A stretch of 64,000 nt of DNA from positions 1,760,001 to 1,824,000 of the forward strand of contig OZ244960.1 of NCBI GenBank assembly GCA_965222605.1, given 5' to 3'. Made by a program: the position numbers and the translations under genes. Source of the DNA: Candidatus Latescibacterota bacterium. Its GTDB lineage: Bacteria > Latescibacterota > UBA2968. Below are positions 49,201 to 59,206 of the stretch, piece by piece. The notes beneath the pieces are model-generated. The model was not told the DNA's origin, did no database searches, and saw only the letters and a program-made list of their open reading frames with translations. Numbering within the stretch: the stretch's first letter is position 1; each line of letters starts with the position of its first letter.

Positions 49201-52200
49201 CTATCTCTTCTCTTTCCACAACGCATAAATCGCCGGAATCACCAACAGCGTCAAAATCGTCGATGACACCATCCCCCCCACCATAGGCGCTGCAATGCGC
49301 TTCATCGCCTCGGACCCCGTGCCCGTTGACCACATAATCGGCAACAGACCAGCCATCGTTGAAAACACCGTCATCAACTTGGGCCGCACCCGCCCCACAG
49401 CGCCGGACATCACCGCCTGATTTAAGTCTGTTAGCGTCAACACATCGCCTTTTTCGCGTTTGATACTCTCATAAGCCTGATCCAGATAAATCAGCATCAC
49501 CACCCCCGTCTCGGCAGCCAATCCCGCCAGCGCGATGAACCCAACACCAACGGCAATGCTCATATCGTAATCCAAAATATACATCAACCATATCCCACCG
49601 ACCAGTGCAAAGGGCAGAGAAAGCATCACAATCGCGCTCTCAGCCACATTTCTAAAATTCAGATACAACAGCAGAAAAATGATCGCCAGCGTCACGGGCA
49701 CTACAACCTTCAGCTTTTTCTCTGCCCGCAACATATATTCATACTGACCACTCCAAATCGCGGTGTACCCAGGTGGCATCTGCACCTGCTCCAGTACCGC
49801 CTGTTGCGCCCGCGCGACATAAGTCCCCACATCCACGCCTTCAATATCGACATAGACCCACGCATTTAACCGCGCATTCTCGCTCTTAATACCCGGTGGA
49901 CCCTTCCGAATGCGAAGATCTGCCAACTGTCCAATGGGAATCTGCGCCCCCATCGGCGTGGGCACCAGCACGCGCCGAAGCGCGGGCAAATTGTCGCGCA
50001 ACTCTCGCCCATAACGCAAATTCACCGGATAGCGTTCCAAACCCTCCACAGTATGCGTGATATTCATCCCGCCCAATGCAGACATAATAACATCCTGCAC
50101 ATCCCCAACCGTCAGCCCATAACGCGCAGCAGCCTGCCTATTGATCTCAAAATCCAGATAATTGCCACCCACAGCGCGCTCGGCAAACACACTCAGCGTA
50201 CCCGGCAGATCGCGCACCACCGTTTCGATTTTCTCGCCCAACATCTGCAATGTCTCCAGATCATCTCCCACGACCTTGATACCCACAGGCGTCTTAATAC
50301 CCGTTGAAAGCATATCGATGCGCGTCTTAATCGGCATAGTCCACGCATTGGTCAGTCCCGGAAATTTTACCGCCTGGTTCAATTCTCGAATTAATTTTTG
50401 AGGCGTCATGCCTTCTCGCCACTCGGACTCGGGCTTGAGCATAATCGTCGTCTCAATCATCGACAACGGCGCCGGGTCTGTCGCAGTCTCTGCCCGACCA
50501 ATTTTGCCAAATACATGTTCAACTTCTGGAAAAGTGCGAATGATCTTATCCGTCTGTTGCAACAACGCCCGCGCTCTCGTAATCGATATCCCCGGCAATG
50601 TCGTGGGCATATACAACAAATCGCCCTCGTACAGAGGCGGCATAAATTCAGATCCAATTTTTTCCATAGGAAACAGCGCGTCCAATTTCACCAGTGCCTT
50701 ATAAGTCAAACTCTGCGGTCGATCCGAAAAACGCGACACCACCATATCGCGAAAGGGAAACACAGTCACAAACAACACCAGCCCACCCAACACCATAGTC
50801 AGCACCCGATTTCGCAACACCCAATCAATCACGGGTCGATACAGATAAATCAAAACGCGACTGATGGGATTCTCCGACTCAGACCGAATTTTGCCGCGCA
50901 CAAAAAAAGTCATCAGCACCGGCACAACCGTAATCGCCAAAAATGCCGCCGCCGCCATAGCATAAGTTTTGGTATATGCGAGCGGCTTAAACAACCGCCC
51001 TTCCTGCGCCTCCAGCGCAAAAACCGGCAAAAACGACAGCGTAATAATCAACAGCGAAAAGAACAGCGCAGGACCCACCTCTTTTGAAGCGGCAATAATC
51101 ATTTCACTGTGCGACTTTGTACCTCCATCGCGTTCAATATGCTTGTGTGCATTTTCGATCATCACAATAGCTGCATCCACCATCGCTCCAATGGCAATCG
51201 CAATACCGCCAAGTGACATAATATTCGAATTGACACCCTGGTGATGCATCGCGGCAAACGCTATTAAAATCCCCATCGGCAACGTGAAAACAGCTACAAA
51301 AGCACTGCGAAAATGAAGTAAAAAAACAATACACACCACAGCCACCACCGCGATCTCTTCAATCAGCTTATTCTGCAAATGATCAACCGCACGCAAGATA
51401 AGTGCCGAGCGGTCGTAATTGGCGATCACCACCACACCTTCGGGAAGACCGGGTTTGAGCGACTTCATCTTCTCTTTCACCCGATCAATAACTTTGAGCG
51501 CGTTTTCCCCATACCGCATCACCACAATACCCCCCACCACCTCCCCCTCGCCATTCCACTCCGCCAATCCCCTTCTGAGTTCTGGCCCCACCTGCACAGT
51601 CGCAACATCTTTTACACGAATTGGCGTACCGTGTTCACCCACGCCAAGGGCAATCTGCTCGATATCCGCCAAAGACTGGATATACCCCAACCCGCGCACC
51701 ATAAATTCCGTCTCCGCCAATTCGACCAGCCGCCCTCCCACGTCATTATTGCTGCGCTGAATCGCCGTCCGAATCTTCTGTAAGGGAATATTGTATGCCA
51801 GCAAGCGATTGGGATCCACAACCACCTGATACTGCTTCACAAATCCACCCACAGACGCCACTTCCGACACACCCTGTACACTGCTCAACTCATATCGCAA
51901 ATACCAATCCTGAATCGACCTCAATTCTGAAAGATCATGTCTTCCAGTCGTATCCAGCACCGTATATTGATAAACCCAGCCCACCCCCGTCGCATCTGGC
52001 CCCAGCTTCGGCGTCACCCCCTGTGGCAATCTATCAGACGCGGAATTGAGATACTCCAACACCCGACTGCGCGCCCAGTACATATCCGTTCCATCCTCAA
52101 AAATCACATACACATAAGACAGGCCAAAAAACGAATATCCCCGCACCGTCTTTGCATAAGGAACGGACAACATCGCCGTCGTCAGCGGATACGTCACCTG

Positions 52201-52389
52201 ATCTTCCACCACCTGCGGCGCCTGCCCCGGATATTCGCTAAACACGATCACCTGCACATCCGACAAATCGGGAATCGCATCCAGTGGCGTATTCAGCATC
52301 GCATACACCCCCCATCCAATCACCATCAAAGTGGCGATCACCACCAGAAATCGATTCTTCACACTCGCTTCAATAATTCGATTTAACAT
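49201..52389 (-). CDS. cusA: Cu(I)/Ag(I) efflux RND permease
   Basis: 'PLDAIPDLSDVQVI', 'LGPDATGVGWVYQY', 'GSEFMPPLYEGDLLYMP', 'TDPAPLSMIET', 'MPIKTRIDML'. Confidence 0.96.
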   Translation of the reverse strand: MLNRIIEASVKNRFLVVIATLMVIGWGVYAMLNTPLDAIPDLSDVQVIVFSEYPGQAPQVVEDQVTYPLTTAMLSVPYAKTVRGYSFFGLSYVYVIFEDGTDMYWARSRVLEYLNSASDRLPQGVTPKLGPDATGVGWVYQYTVLDTTGRHDLSELRSIQDWYLRYELSSVQGVSEVASVGGFVKQYQVVVDPNRLLAYNIPLQKIRTAIQRSNNDVGGRLVELAETEFMVRGLGYIQSLADIEQIALGVGEHGTPIRVKDVATVQVGPELRRGLAEWNGEGEVVGGIVVMRYGENALKVIDRVKEKMKSLKPGLPEGVVVIANYDRSALILRAVDHLQNKLIEEIAVVAVVCIVFLLHFRSAFVAVFTLPMGILIAFAAMHHQGVNSNIMSLGGIAIAIGAMVDAAIVMIENAHKHIERDGGTKSHSEMIIAASKEVGPALFFSLLIITLSFLPVFALEAQEGRLFKPLAYTKTYAMAAAAFLAITVVPVLMTFFVRGKIRSESENPISRVLIYLYRPVIDWVLRNRVLTMVLGGLVLFVTVFPFRDMVVSRFSDRPQSLTYKALVKLDALFPMEKIGSEFMPPLYEGDLLYMPTTLPGISITRARALLQQTDKIIRTFPEVEHVFGKIGRAETATDPAPLSMIETTIMLKPESEWREGMTPQKLIRELNQAVKFPGLTNAWTMPIKTRIDMLSTGIKTPVGIKVVGDDLETLQMLGEKIETVVRDLPGTLSVFAERAVGGNYLDFEINRQAAARYGLTVGDVQDVIMSALGGMNITHTVEGLERYPVNLRYGRELRDNLPALRRVLVPTPMGAQIPIGQLADLRIRKGPPGIKSENARLNAWVYVDIEGVDVGTYVARAQQAVLEQVQMPPGYTAIWSGQYEYMLRAEKKLKVVVPVTLAIIFLLLYLNFRNVAESAIVMLSLPFALVGGIWLMYILDYDMSIAVGVGFIALAGLAAETGVVMLIYLDQAYESIKREKGDVLTLTDLNQAVMSGAVGRVRPKLMTVFSTMAGLLPIMWSTGTGSEAMKRIAAPMVGGMVSSTILTLLVIPAIYALWKEKR

Positions 52390-52418
52390 CGCGTTATAGC
52401 TCCATTAAAATGCGCACT

Positions 52419-53672
52419 TCAATGCCCACCATGTCCACCAACATCCCCACGCATCCCCGCCAGTGCAGCCTTCAAATTGCTCTCCGAATCAATCAAAAAT
52501 TGCGCCGAAGTCACAATCTCTTCCCCCGGATTTAGCCCGCGCAGCACCTCATAGCCATCTTCGGCCTCGACCCCGATGTGAATCTCGCGCGGTTCAAACC
52601 TGCCGTCTCCCTGGGCCATCACAACAACCCTGCGCGTCCCCGAATGGATCACTGCCTGAGCGGGTATCACAACACCCTTACGCGCAACCTCAGGACGAAT
52701 CACCACATCGGCATACATATCCGGTTTAAACGCACCATCTGCATTGTCAAAAACCATCCGCACCTGAACCGTGCGCGTCTTTTCATTCATAAACGGAAAA
52801 ATATAATCCACTTTGCCTTCAAATTGCTCGCCCGACAAATAAGACAGCGACACCTCTGCGCGCTGCCCTTTGGAAATCCATGGCATCTCGTATTCATACA
52901 CATCTGCATAAATCCACACCACCGACAGATCCGCAATGCGATACAGATGTTGCCCCGACCCGATGTACGCGCCCTCCAGCACATCTTTGTGCGTCACAAT
53001 GCCCGACCGAGGCGCCAGAATGGGCATTGTTCGCCCAACCTGTCGCGTCTTTTCCAACTCCGCAATCTGCCCCGCCGAAATATCCCAATACAACAATCTT
53101 TGCCGCGCAGCAGCGAGCAGGTCATCGGCACTGCGCGCCACATCTCGAGCCGCACCATCGCGCATTCTCTCCGCATAATTCAGAGCCGTCAAATACTCCT
53201 CCTGCGCCGCGACCAGTTCAGGGCTATAAAGCGCGAGCAAAGGCTGCCCCTTTTCCACCCACTGACCGGTATAATCCACATATAACTGCTCAACCCACCC
53301 GGCGATCTTGCTATTCACATCCATAATTCGCGTCTCGTCATAATCCACCCTGCCCACCGCGCGCACCGTGCGCCTCAAAGGCTGTTTCTTCACCACCATT
53401 GTCTTCACACCAATATTCTGAATCGTCGTGGGATCGATCTGCACATTTCCACTTTGCGCTGACGACGCATCAGCCTCCTTTTTCACCAGATCCATACCAC
53501 AAATGGGACAAGACCCGGGCTTATCCGATACCACTGTCGGGTGCATCGGACAAATATATGTTTTCAACGCCTGCACCTGCTCTGTATGCGTATCTCCCGA
53601 AATCCAGACTCCGCCAACAAATCCCGCGATCAATACCGCGATCAATGCTAAAATTGGAAGGAGGTATTTCAT
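52419..53672 (-). CDS. cusB: CusB-like RND periplasmic adaptor
   Basis: Heavy-metal-binding domain 'YICPMHP...PGSCPICGMDL', 'YSPELVAAQEEY', 'AQFLIDSES'. Confidence 0.93.
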   Translation of the reverse strand: MKYLLPILALIAVLIAGFVGGVWISGDTHTEQVQALKTYICPMHPTVVSDKPGSCPICGMDLVKKEADASSAQSGNVQIDPTTIQNIGVKTMVVKKQPLRRTVRAVGRVDYDETRIMDVNSKIAGWVEQLYVDYTGQWVEKGQPLLALYSPELVAAQEEYLTALNYAERMRDGAARDVARSADDLLAAARQRLLYWDISAGQIAELEKTRQVGRTMPILAPRSGIVTHKDVLEGAYIGSGQHLYRIADLSVVWIYADVYEYEMPWISKGQRAEVSLSYLSGEQFEGKVDYIFPFMNEKTRTVQVRMVFDNADGAFKPDMYADVVIRPEVARKGVVIPAQAVIHSGTRRVVVMAQGDGRFEPREIHIGVEAEDGYEVLRGLNPGEEIVTSAQFLIDSESNLKAALAGMRGDVGGHGGH

Positions 53673-53691
53673 ATCTCAACTCCTTGTTAGA

Positions 53692-53717
53692 GGGCAGGCA
53701 CAGGAGCCTGCCCCTAC
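53692..53717. repeat. REP-like GTAG hairpin
   Basis: GGGCAGGCACAGGAGCCTGCCCCTAC between cusC and cusB. Confidence 0.7.
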
Positions 53718-53724
53718 CTTACAC

Positions 53725-54984
53725 CTAACGCCCCACCGCCGCCGCCAGATCTGCCACCCGCTTTTCATGCTCAATCACATGTCGATAATGTGCGATCTCA
53801 AAATTCAACAGCGTCATCTGATTGTTCAACAAAGTCAAAAAATCCACCTTATCCACCCGATACCCCGACAACGCCGACGCCAGCGACTGCCCTGCTTGAG
53901 GCAACATCGCCGTGCGAAACAACTCGGCACTTTCTCGGTGCTGTCTGGCCTCGATAATTAGACGCTGAATCTCGTAGTGAATCCCCTGGCGTTCAGCGGC
54001 CTTTTGAGCCTCAGCCTCTCGCATATTGGCCCGCGCTTCTGCAATCTGCTGGCGTTGCTTGCGCCCGCCAAACACGGGCAATGGAATGCCGACGCCAACA
54101 GATATAAAATCGCTTCCTTTCACTGGATCATTGGGCATAAACACGCGCTGGCGATACCCCAAATTCACCGTCATATCCGGCCAAAGATTTTTTTGTGCGA
54201 CCTCAACCTGCGCCTGCCACATCAAAATCGATTGCTCCATTGCCTTCAGAGATGGATGTGCCTCATCGGCCTGCGCCTGCAAGACATCAACCGTCAACGG
54301 CACACTCGAAAGACCAATAGTATCCGGCGGCGCGCCCAGAGGACTTTGCGGAGACCGATCCAACACCAGATTCAAACGCGCCTCTGCCAATTGTTTTTTA
54401 GCCCGAAGCGCAATCAACTCCGTATCCAGTTCTGACAGCGAAACCTGAGCTTTTAACACATCTTGTAGCAAACCCTTTCCAACGGCGTATTTCGTGCGGG
54501 CAATGCGAACCAGATCTTGCAACAACACCCGATTTCTTTCCGTTATAGCAATGGCGCGGGTCACATAAGCCAGTTCTAAAAAAGGTTGCTTGACCGCATT
54601 GGCAATTGCCAGTTCTCGGTCGCGCAACAACCATGCAACAGACTCTGATGCAAACTGCGCTGAACGCTCGCGCGCCCGCTGTTTTCCCGGTAAAGAAAAC
54701 TTCTGACTAAGCACAAATTGATTCCCACTCATCGGCGTACTGCTCAAATTGAAATTATTCAGCGGCACATTGCTCACCTCAAAGCGAAAAGACGGATCTT
54801 CCAGCGCGCCAGCCTGGGGAATTTTTGCTTCAAAAGCAGTCAATCGCGCCCGCAAAACCGACAAATTGGGATTATTTCTCAAAGCCTCTTGAATCAGCAC
54901 ATCCAGATCCAGTTCATCTGCCCGCACAGGCAAAATAGATATACCCATGAGGCATAGTCCGATCATGGCTCGAATTGCATACAC
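53725..54984 (-). CDS. TolC-family outer membrane factor (CusC-like)
   Basis: 'ALRNNPNL', 'SQKFSLPGK', 'YAVGKG...DVLKAQV', 'DFLTLL'. Confidence 0.9.
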   Translation of the reverse strand: MYAIRAMIGLCLMGISILPVRADELDLDVLIQEALRNNPNLSVLRARLTAFEAKIPQAGALEDPSFRFEVSNVPLNNFNLSSTPMSGNQFVLSQKFSLPGKQRARERSAQFASESVAWLLRDRELAIANAVKQPFLELAYVTRAIAITERNRVLLQDLVRIARTKYAVGKGLLQDVLKAQVSLSELDTELIALRAKKQLAEARLNLVLDRSPQSPLGAPPDTIGLSSVPLTVDVLQAQADEAHPSLKAMEQSILMWQAQVEVAQKNLWPDMTVNLGYRQRVFMPNDPVKGSDFISVGVGIPLPVFGGRKQRQQIAEARANMREAEAQKAAERQGIHYEIQRLIIEARQHRESAELFRTAMLPQAGQSLASALSGYRVDKVDFLTLLNNQMTLLNFEIAHYRHVIEHEKRVADLAAAVGR

Positions 54985-55119
54985 AAGCCACCTCCAGAGA
55001 ATTTGTCAAAAAAAGAAAAACATCCGCAAAAAAGACATCATGCGGCAGAAAAAACGACCGTTTGGGAATATTTTGTACACACCTATCCCCAAACGCCATT
55101 TAAGCGCAGGAAGGAAAAA

Positions 55120-55491
55120 TCAGATGAGAAATGTAGCGTGGAGAAGGTACAGATCGGGCGGTGATTGCAAAGGTCTCTGGCGATCATACGCCACAAAAGG
55201 AAGGAAATTACTCTGGGAAAGAACAACAGCGGGATACAACGTCACACATGTCAAATCCAACTTTGGATTTTGCCATCCACCGGGCAAAACAGCCACATCG
55301 CCCGCCGGCATCTCCTGATCGACTGCCGCCTCTTTGCTACAACAGCAATCTTTCATCTCTGCTGCAGCATGACATTCTGGCATCGAAGCCTGATGCGCCC
55401 AACACAGACAGGGCGCAATGGTTCCAATGAGCGTCAGCGCGACAACCGCACGCAGCACAATGCCAGTAAAAATGTGAGTAAAACGTCGCAA
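55120..55491 (-). CDS. Cys-rich small exported protein / upstream ORF of the cus operon
   Basis: Signal-like N-terminus, 'PCLC', 'ECH', 'CCC', C-terminal 'RPLQSPPDLYLLHATFLI'. Confidence 0.7.
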   Translation of the reverse strand: MRRFTHIFTGIVLRAVVALTLIGTIAPCLCWAHQASMPECHAAAEMKDCCCSKEAAVDQEMPAGDVAVLPGGWQNPKLDLTCVTLYPAVVLSQSNFLPFVAYDRQRPLQSPPDLYLLHATFLI

Positions 55492-55516
55492 AAAGTATCC
55501 CCTATTTCTACCTGAG

Positions 55517-56281
55517 CTATATTTCCCTCAGCTCAGGCCATTTAATTTTTTTTTGGGTATCTGGATTGTAAAGTATCAATCCCCCTTGTGCAGCAATCTG
55601 TTCAAGGGTTAAATCGGTTAATACCGGTGCGATATGCTGTATCAGATCGCCATGCACGGATTTAAAGGCCCTTTTTGTTCCGTAATGTAAATCTACTGAA
55701 ATCCTCGCTGGAATCCAAGACTCATCATACATCTGTTTGAGTTTCTCGGCAGTTTCTGTTGATAATCTGAATGTTTCCTGGTTATCAGAAATACTGCAAT
55801 GAATCACTATCCACGGGTCTTCTGAGCGCCACCTGGGCGGCTCCGGCGATTCTAACAGACGCATCGCCCGTTCCGTGAGGGCTTTGTACTCTCTTACTTC
55901 TTGTCCCCGTAAGCCATAAGAGACTCCAAATTGAACGGCGATATCTCGATCAGAGTAAGTAAAAGGTACATATTTCTCTTGAAAATGTTGTTTAATATCG
56001 TGTTCCTTTTGTTCAAGGAAGTCCTGGATGTACTCTTGATCGAGATCTTCCTTGCCAACGATATCGACAAAGCTGAGAACTGCATTATTTCTCGGCACTA
56101 AATCTACAGATTCTGCGATTAGTTTGCCTGGATTCTCATAGACGATCTGGTCAATGATATTTCTATTGTCTTGCATATCTTCGGGAAGTTCACGCTCTTC
56201 GTGCTGGTGGAGAAAAGCATTGATACCGACCTCAACCTTCTCACCTTTTATTCGTCGAACCCGGTGAGCTATGAGATACAT
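55517..56281 (-). CDS. Hypothetical protein (third gene of coupled cassette)
   Basis: 254-aa ORF, TGATG overlap with upstream gene, SD GGAGG. Confidence 0.75.
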   Translation of the reverse strand: MYLIAHRVRRIKGEKVEVGINAFLHQHEERELPEDMQDNRNIIDQIVYENPGKLIAESVDLVPRNNAVLSFVDIVGKEDLDQEYIQDFLEQKEHDIKQHFQEKYVPFTYSDRDIAVQFGVSYGLRGQEVREYKALTERAMRLLESPEPPRWRSEDPWIVIHCSISDNQETFRLSTETAEKLKQMYDESWIPARISVDLHYGTKRAFKSVHGDLIQHIAPVLTDLTLEQIAAQGGLILYNPDTQKKIKWPELREI

Positions 56282-56715
56282 CAGGCCACCTCCCTAAACA
56301 TGCGAATCAGTTTACTGGAATCGGAATCTCTACAGACTTCTTCATCACCCCAACCGCTATGCGGTAAAGTTGTGCTGGTGTTGTGATCTGGTAAAAGCAA
56401 GTATATTTGATATTGAAGTTCACGTAGTTCTTCAGCGATCTCTGGATGTGGATCCTGACTGAGGGCTTTGGTTACGATTTCCCTTGCCTTTTGAGGCTGG
56501 TTGCAGTCTAATGCCAGTGTTCCAGCACTGCGGTGTAATACCGAGTACGTTGGTTCGATTCGTTCCTCTGCTTCTAATTTAGAGATTGCCATAAGTTCAT
56601 TTTCTAATGCCTTCTCAAAAAATTTGATCGAATCTTCTATGTGGCCTCTTATTTGCGCCATAAAGGCGCGTTCCGCAAAATCCATGGCTTTATTGTGAGA
56701 ATCGCTAACACTCAT
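56281..56715 (-). CDS. Hypothetical all-helical (TPR-like) protein
   Basis: 144 aa; 'HNKAMDFAERA', 'EPTYSVLHRSAGTLALDC', 'EIAEELREL'; ATGA overlap. Confidence 0.75.
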   Translation of the reverse strand: MSVSDSHNKAMDFAERAFMAQIRGHIEDSIKFFEKALENELMAISKLEAEERIEPTYSVLHRSAGTLALDCNQPQKAREIVTKALSQDPHPEIAEELRELQYQIYLLLPDHNTSTTLPHSGWGDEEVCRDSDSSKLIRMFREVA

Positions 56716-57224
56716 TTTTTCTCAACCTCAGCAAGGGGATGTCCAAATTCAACTACGATTACATAAGCTGGTAGTGACCCGTCTGATCGGTTGGTCTGTT
56801 TTAGCTTCTGCCTTATTCTCGCTTTTACGTCCCTTTTGCTTCCTCTGCGAATACCCGATATTTCCAGTCTCGCCTTTTTCTGGAAAAGATTAGATTCCTC
56901 TCCCAGCCAGTAATCGAAGCCAGTGTCTATTCTTGAACGCTCAATCACTGTGTAGCCGATCTCCTTCTGCGCCAGTAGAACCGCAATACCCATTGCACCG
57001 AATTCAGTGGCCTCCCTTGGATCATTCCAACACCTGCGGGTCTGATCAGTAATTGTAGGCCATGTCAGGGGATAGCTATTATTACTGTACCCTTGAACGC
57101 TAAGTTGGACACCTTGCTCATGATTCTGTGATTCCAAGCATACGCCACCTGCCTGTGCCAATCCCATGCCGAATTCCGATGTGATAGCTGGGAGGCCATA
57201 ACCAAGATCATTTAAATCTAACAT
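56712..57224 (-). CDS. Hypothetical protein with restriction-endonuclease-like motif pattern
   Basis: 'ATEFGA...TGFDYWL...RLEISG...AYVIVVEF'. Confidence 0.7.
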   Translation of the reverse strand: MLDLNDLGYGLPAITSEFGMGLAQAGGVCLESQNHEQGVQLSVQGYSNNSYPLTWPTITDQTRRCWNDPREATEFGAMGIAVLLAQKEIGYTVIERSRIDTGFDYWLGEESNLFQKKARLEISGIRRGSKRDVKARIRQKLKQTNRSDGSLPAYVIVVEFGHPLAEVEKK

Positions 57225-57343
57225 ATACTCAAATTATTCCGTTACTGCGGAAGAAAACACGACCTGCGATATCTTATGCTTGCTCTTCAAGTAATTTTCA
57301 CTGGACATTTTTGCCACCCTTGCCGGGGTGGACAGCCAACTAA

Positions 57344-57372
57344 AGAATAGCCAGAAATGATTATTCCGTCAA
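57344..57372 (-). promoter_or_regulatory. Sigma70-type promoter of the three-gene cassette
   Basis: TTGACG-17 nt-TATTCT on the minus strand, followed by hairpin CCACCC-CGGCAA-GGGTGG. Confidence 0.6.
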
Positions 57373-57387
57373 GCATATCCTATCTTT

Positions 57388-58086
57388 TTACCACCACCCT
57401 CGCCGTCGGCCTCGCCGCCCGCGGTCATTTTCCCGGTCTTCGGGTGTCTCGCCAATCACAATATCAAAATTTGCCGTCAATTCGCCAATCTCAGATTCGG
57501 GCAATGGCTTAAACGGTACTGACAGCAAATCGTGAGAAGCGCGACCAGAATTTCGAAATATAGAATCTCCCTCATTATCCGGATTGTCTTTCACGTACAA
57601 CTGCGAGGTCAACAGCCGGTGTCCATTTTTGTTGATCGCAAAATGAATATGAGCGGTCCGCGCACCTGAATACCGCACGGGCTTAATCGTCCGAAAGCGG
57701 TATTCACCCGTAGATCCCGTCTCAAAACGCCCAAAACCCTGAAAATTTGTATCGCGCCTATTGCGCCGCGGAGCATCAGTATGAATATAAACACCATTGC
57801 TATCGACCTGCCAGATCTCCACTATGGCATTCTTTACGGGATTGGTTTTCACATCCAAAACGCGCCCGGTCAAATGCGTAATCTCCCCCACGGCTGGCGT
57901 AATTGCATCGTTGATTATCACGAGATCATTATCGACATCCAGCGGCATCTCATCCGGATAAAACGGTCCCTCGGTCTGCCGGGGCGTTCGTACCAGTTGC
58001 TCGGCAAAAACCCCTGGTGTCACAAAAACCGCCGCACCTAATGTGGCGGATTGATAGAGAAAACGTCGGCGATTAACAGACATCAC
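57388..58086 (-). CDS. Intradiol ring-cleavage dioxygenase family protein with Tat signal
   Basis: 'NRRRFL', 'QTEGPFYP', 'VEIWQVDSNGVY', 'FRTIKPVRY..RTAHIHF'. Confidence 0.92.
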   Translation of the reverse strand: MMSVNRRRFLYQSATLGAAVFVTPGVFAEQLVRTPRQTEGPFYPDEMPLDVDNDLVIINDAITPAVGEITHLTGRVLDVKTNPVKNAIVEIWQVDSNGVYIHTDAPRRNRRDTNFQGFGRFETGSTGEYRFRTIKPVRYSGARTAHIHFAINKNGHRLLTSQLYVKDNPDNEGDSIFRNSGRASHDLLSVPFKPLPESEIGELTANFDIVIGETPEDRENDRGRRGRRRGWW

Positions 58087-58772
58087 GGCCTCCTTATTTC
58101 CACATACCGCTCCAGACGTGCGACTTCGCCATCATCGACGTACTTGCCGATTTCGCGCCGGAACTGCTCTATACTCGAATACGGACGATACTCCTGAAAC
58201 TCGCGTGCCATCCGCCTTCCCACACCGGGGATGGCGAGGATTTCCTCTCTGGTAGCTGTGTTCAAGTCGATAGGCACAAAAACATACTGCTCCATCCGAG
58301 CGACCTCGGTATCATCTACGTATTTGCCCATCTCACGGCGCCATTGAGCGATAGCCGTATAAGGACGGTACTCCTCAAACTCGTGCGCCATCCGTTTTCC
58401 CACGCCAGGCACCAGAAGAATCTCCACCTCGCTGGCAGTGTTCAGATTAATCGGAATGAACATCTGAACGTAAAGTTTCTCGGCCGCCTCCTGGTCAAGA
58501 TGCTGCGTGACGACCGGGTGCAATGCTACCATACCGAGGAACGGACGCTGCTCCATAATCGCGTCAACGAGTTCCTTGCTCATACCGGGAAGCGCGCCGA
58601 GTTCATCGGCTCCTGCGAAATTTGGATTGACAACCACCATCGCGCTACTCGCGGCTTCTTCCGCGGGAGCTGTCTCATCTGCATTCGCCCCATCAGAACT
58701 CCAGATCAGCGCAAAACACACAAGTAACACCGCTATGTTGGTAAACTTCACGCTTCTTCCGCAAATATTCAT
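58083..58772 (-). CDS. Exported helix-hairpin-helix repeat protein (ComEA-like)
   Basis: Signal peptide and three repeats of 'NxNxAxxxE(I/L)xx(L/V/I)PG...RP(Y/F)'. Confidence 0.85.
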   Translation of the reverse strand: MNICGRSVKFTNIAVLLVCFALIWSSDGANADETAPAEEAASSAMVVVNPNFAGADELGALPGMSKELVDAIMEQRPFLGMVALHPVVTQHLDQEAAEKLYVQMFIPINLNTASEVEILLVPGVGKRMAHEFEEYRPYTAIAQWRREMGKYVDDTEVARMEQYVFVPIDLNTATREEILAIPGVGRRMAREFQEYRPYSSIEQFRREIGKYVDDGEVARLERYVEIRRP

Positions 58773-59206
58773 ATCTCCTCCTGAGAATTCCTCGCCCCGC
58801 CGGAACTCAAACCGGAATGGCGAAAACAAACCGCTAAACCGAGCAGCCCGAGAAGTGTCATCGTACCTGGTGCCAGCGACGGAGTAGCACCACCCAGAGC
58901 CTCCCAAACGAGCTCAAGCCCACCGCGGGATGGATACATCTCCAACTCGAACTCGACGTTTCCCTTGTAGTGAAGCCACTGACCGACAAAGCCCGAAACA
59001 ACGAACAGCACCATCAAAATCTGAAAAACGCGGACACTCGTCACGCCAGGTGCGACAAGAAGCCAGCCAGCGCACGGAAGTGCCGCCACAAAGAGCACGA
59101 GGGGCACCCACTGCCAGAAATCCTCCATATGTTCAAGGAGGACAAGCTCGGCTCCCGTGCCAACAATTCCCATTATCAAAATAACGAGAATGAAACGCCG
59201 AAGCAT
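58769..59206 (-). CDS. Hypothetical 4-TM membrane protein
   Basis: Hydrophobic segments with 'ELVLLEH' and 'LHYKGNVEFELEM'; ATGA overlap with the HhH gene. Confidence 0.75.
   Translation of the reverse strand: MLRRFILVILIMGIVGTGAELVLLEHMEDFWQWVPLVLFVAALPCAGWLLVAPGVTSVRVFQILMVLFVVSGFVGQWLHYKGNVEFELEMYPSRGGLELVWEALGGATPSLAPGTMTLLGLLGLAVCFRHSGLSSGGARNSQEEI

Noticed and set aside
58090-58460. Repeated DNA in the HhH gene as a possible array
   Set aside because: Degenerate protein-domain repeats, not a CRISPR or non-coding array.
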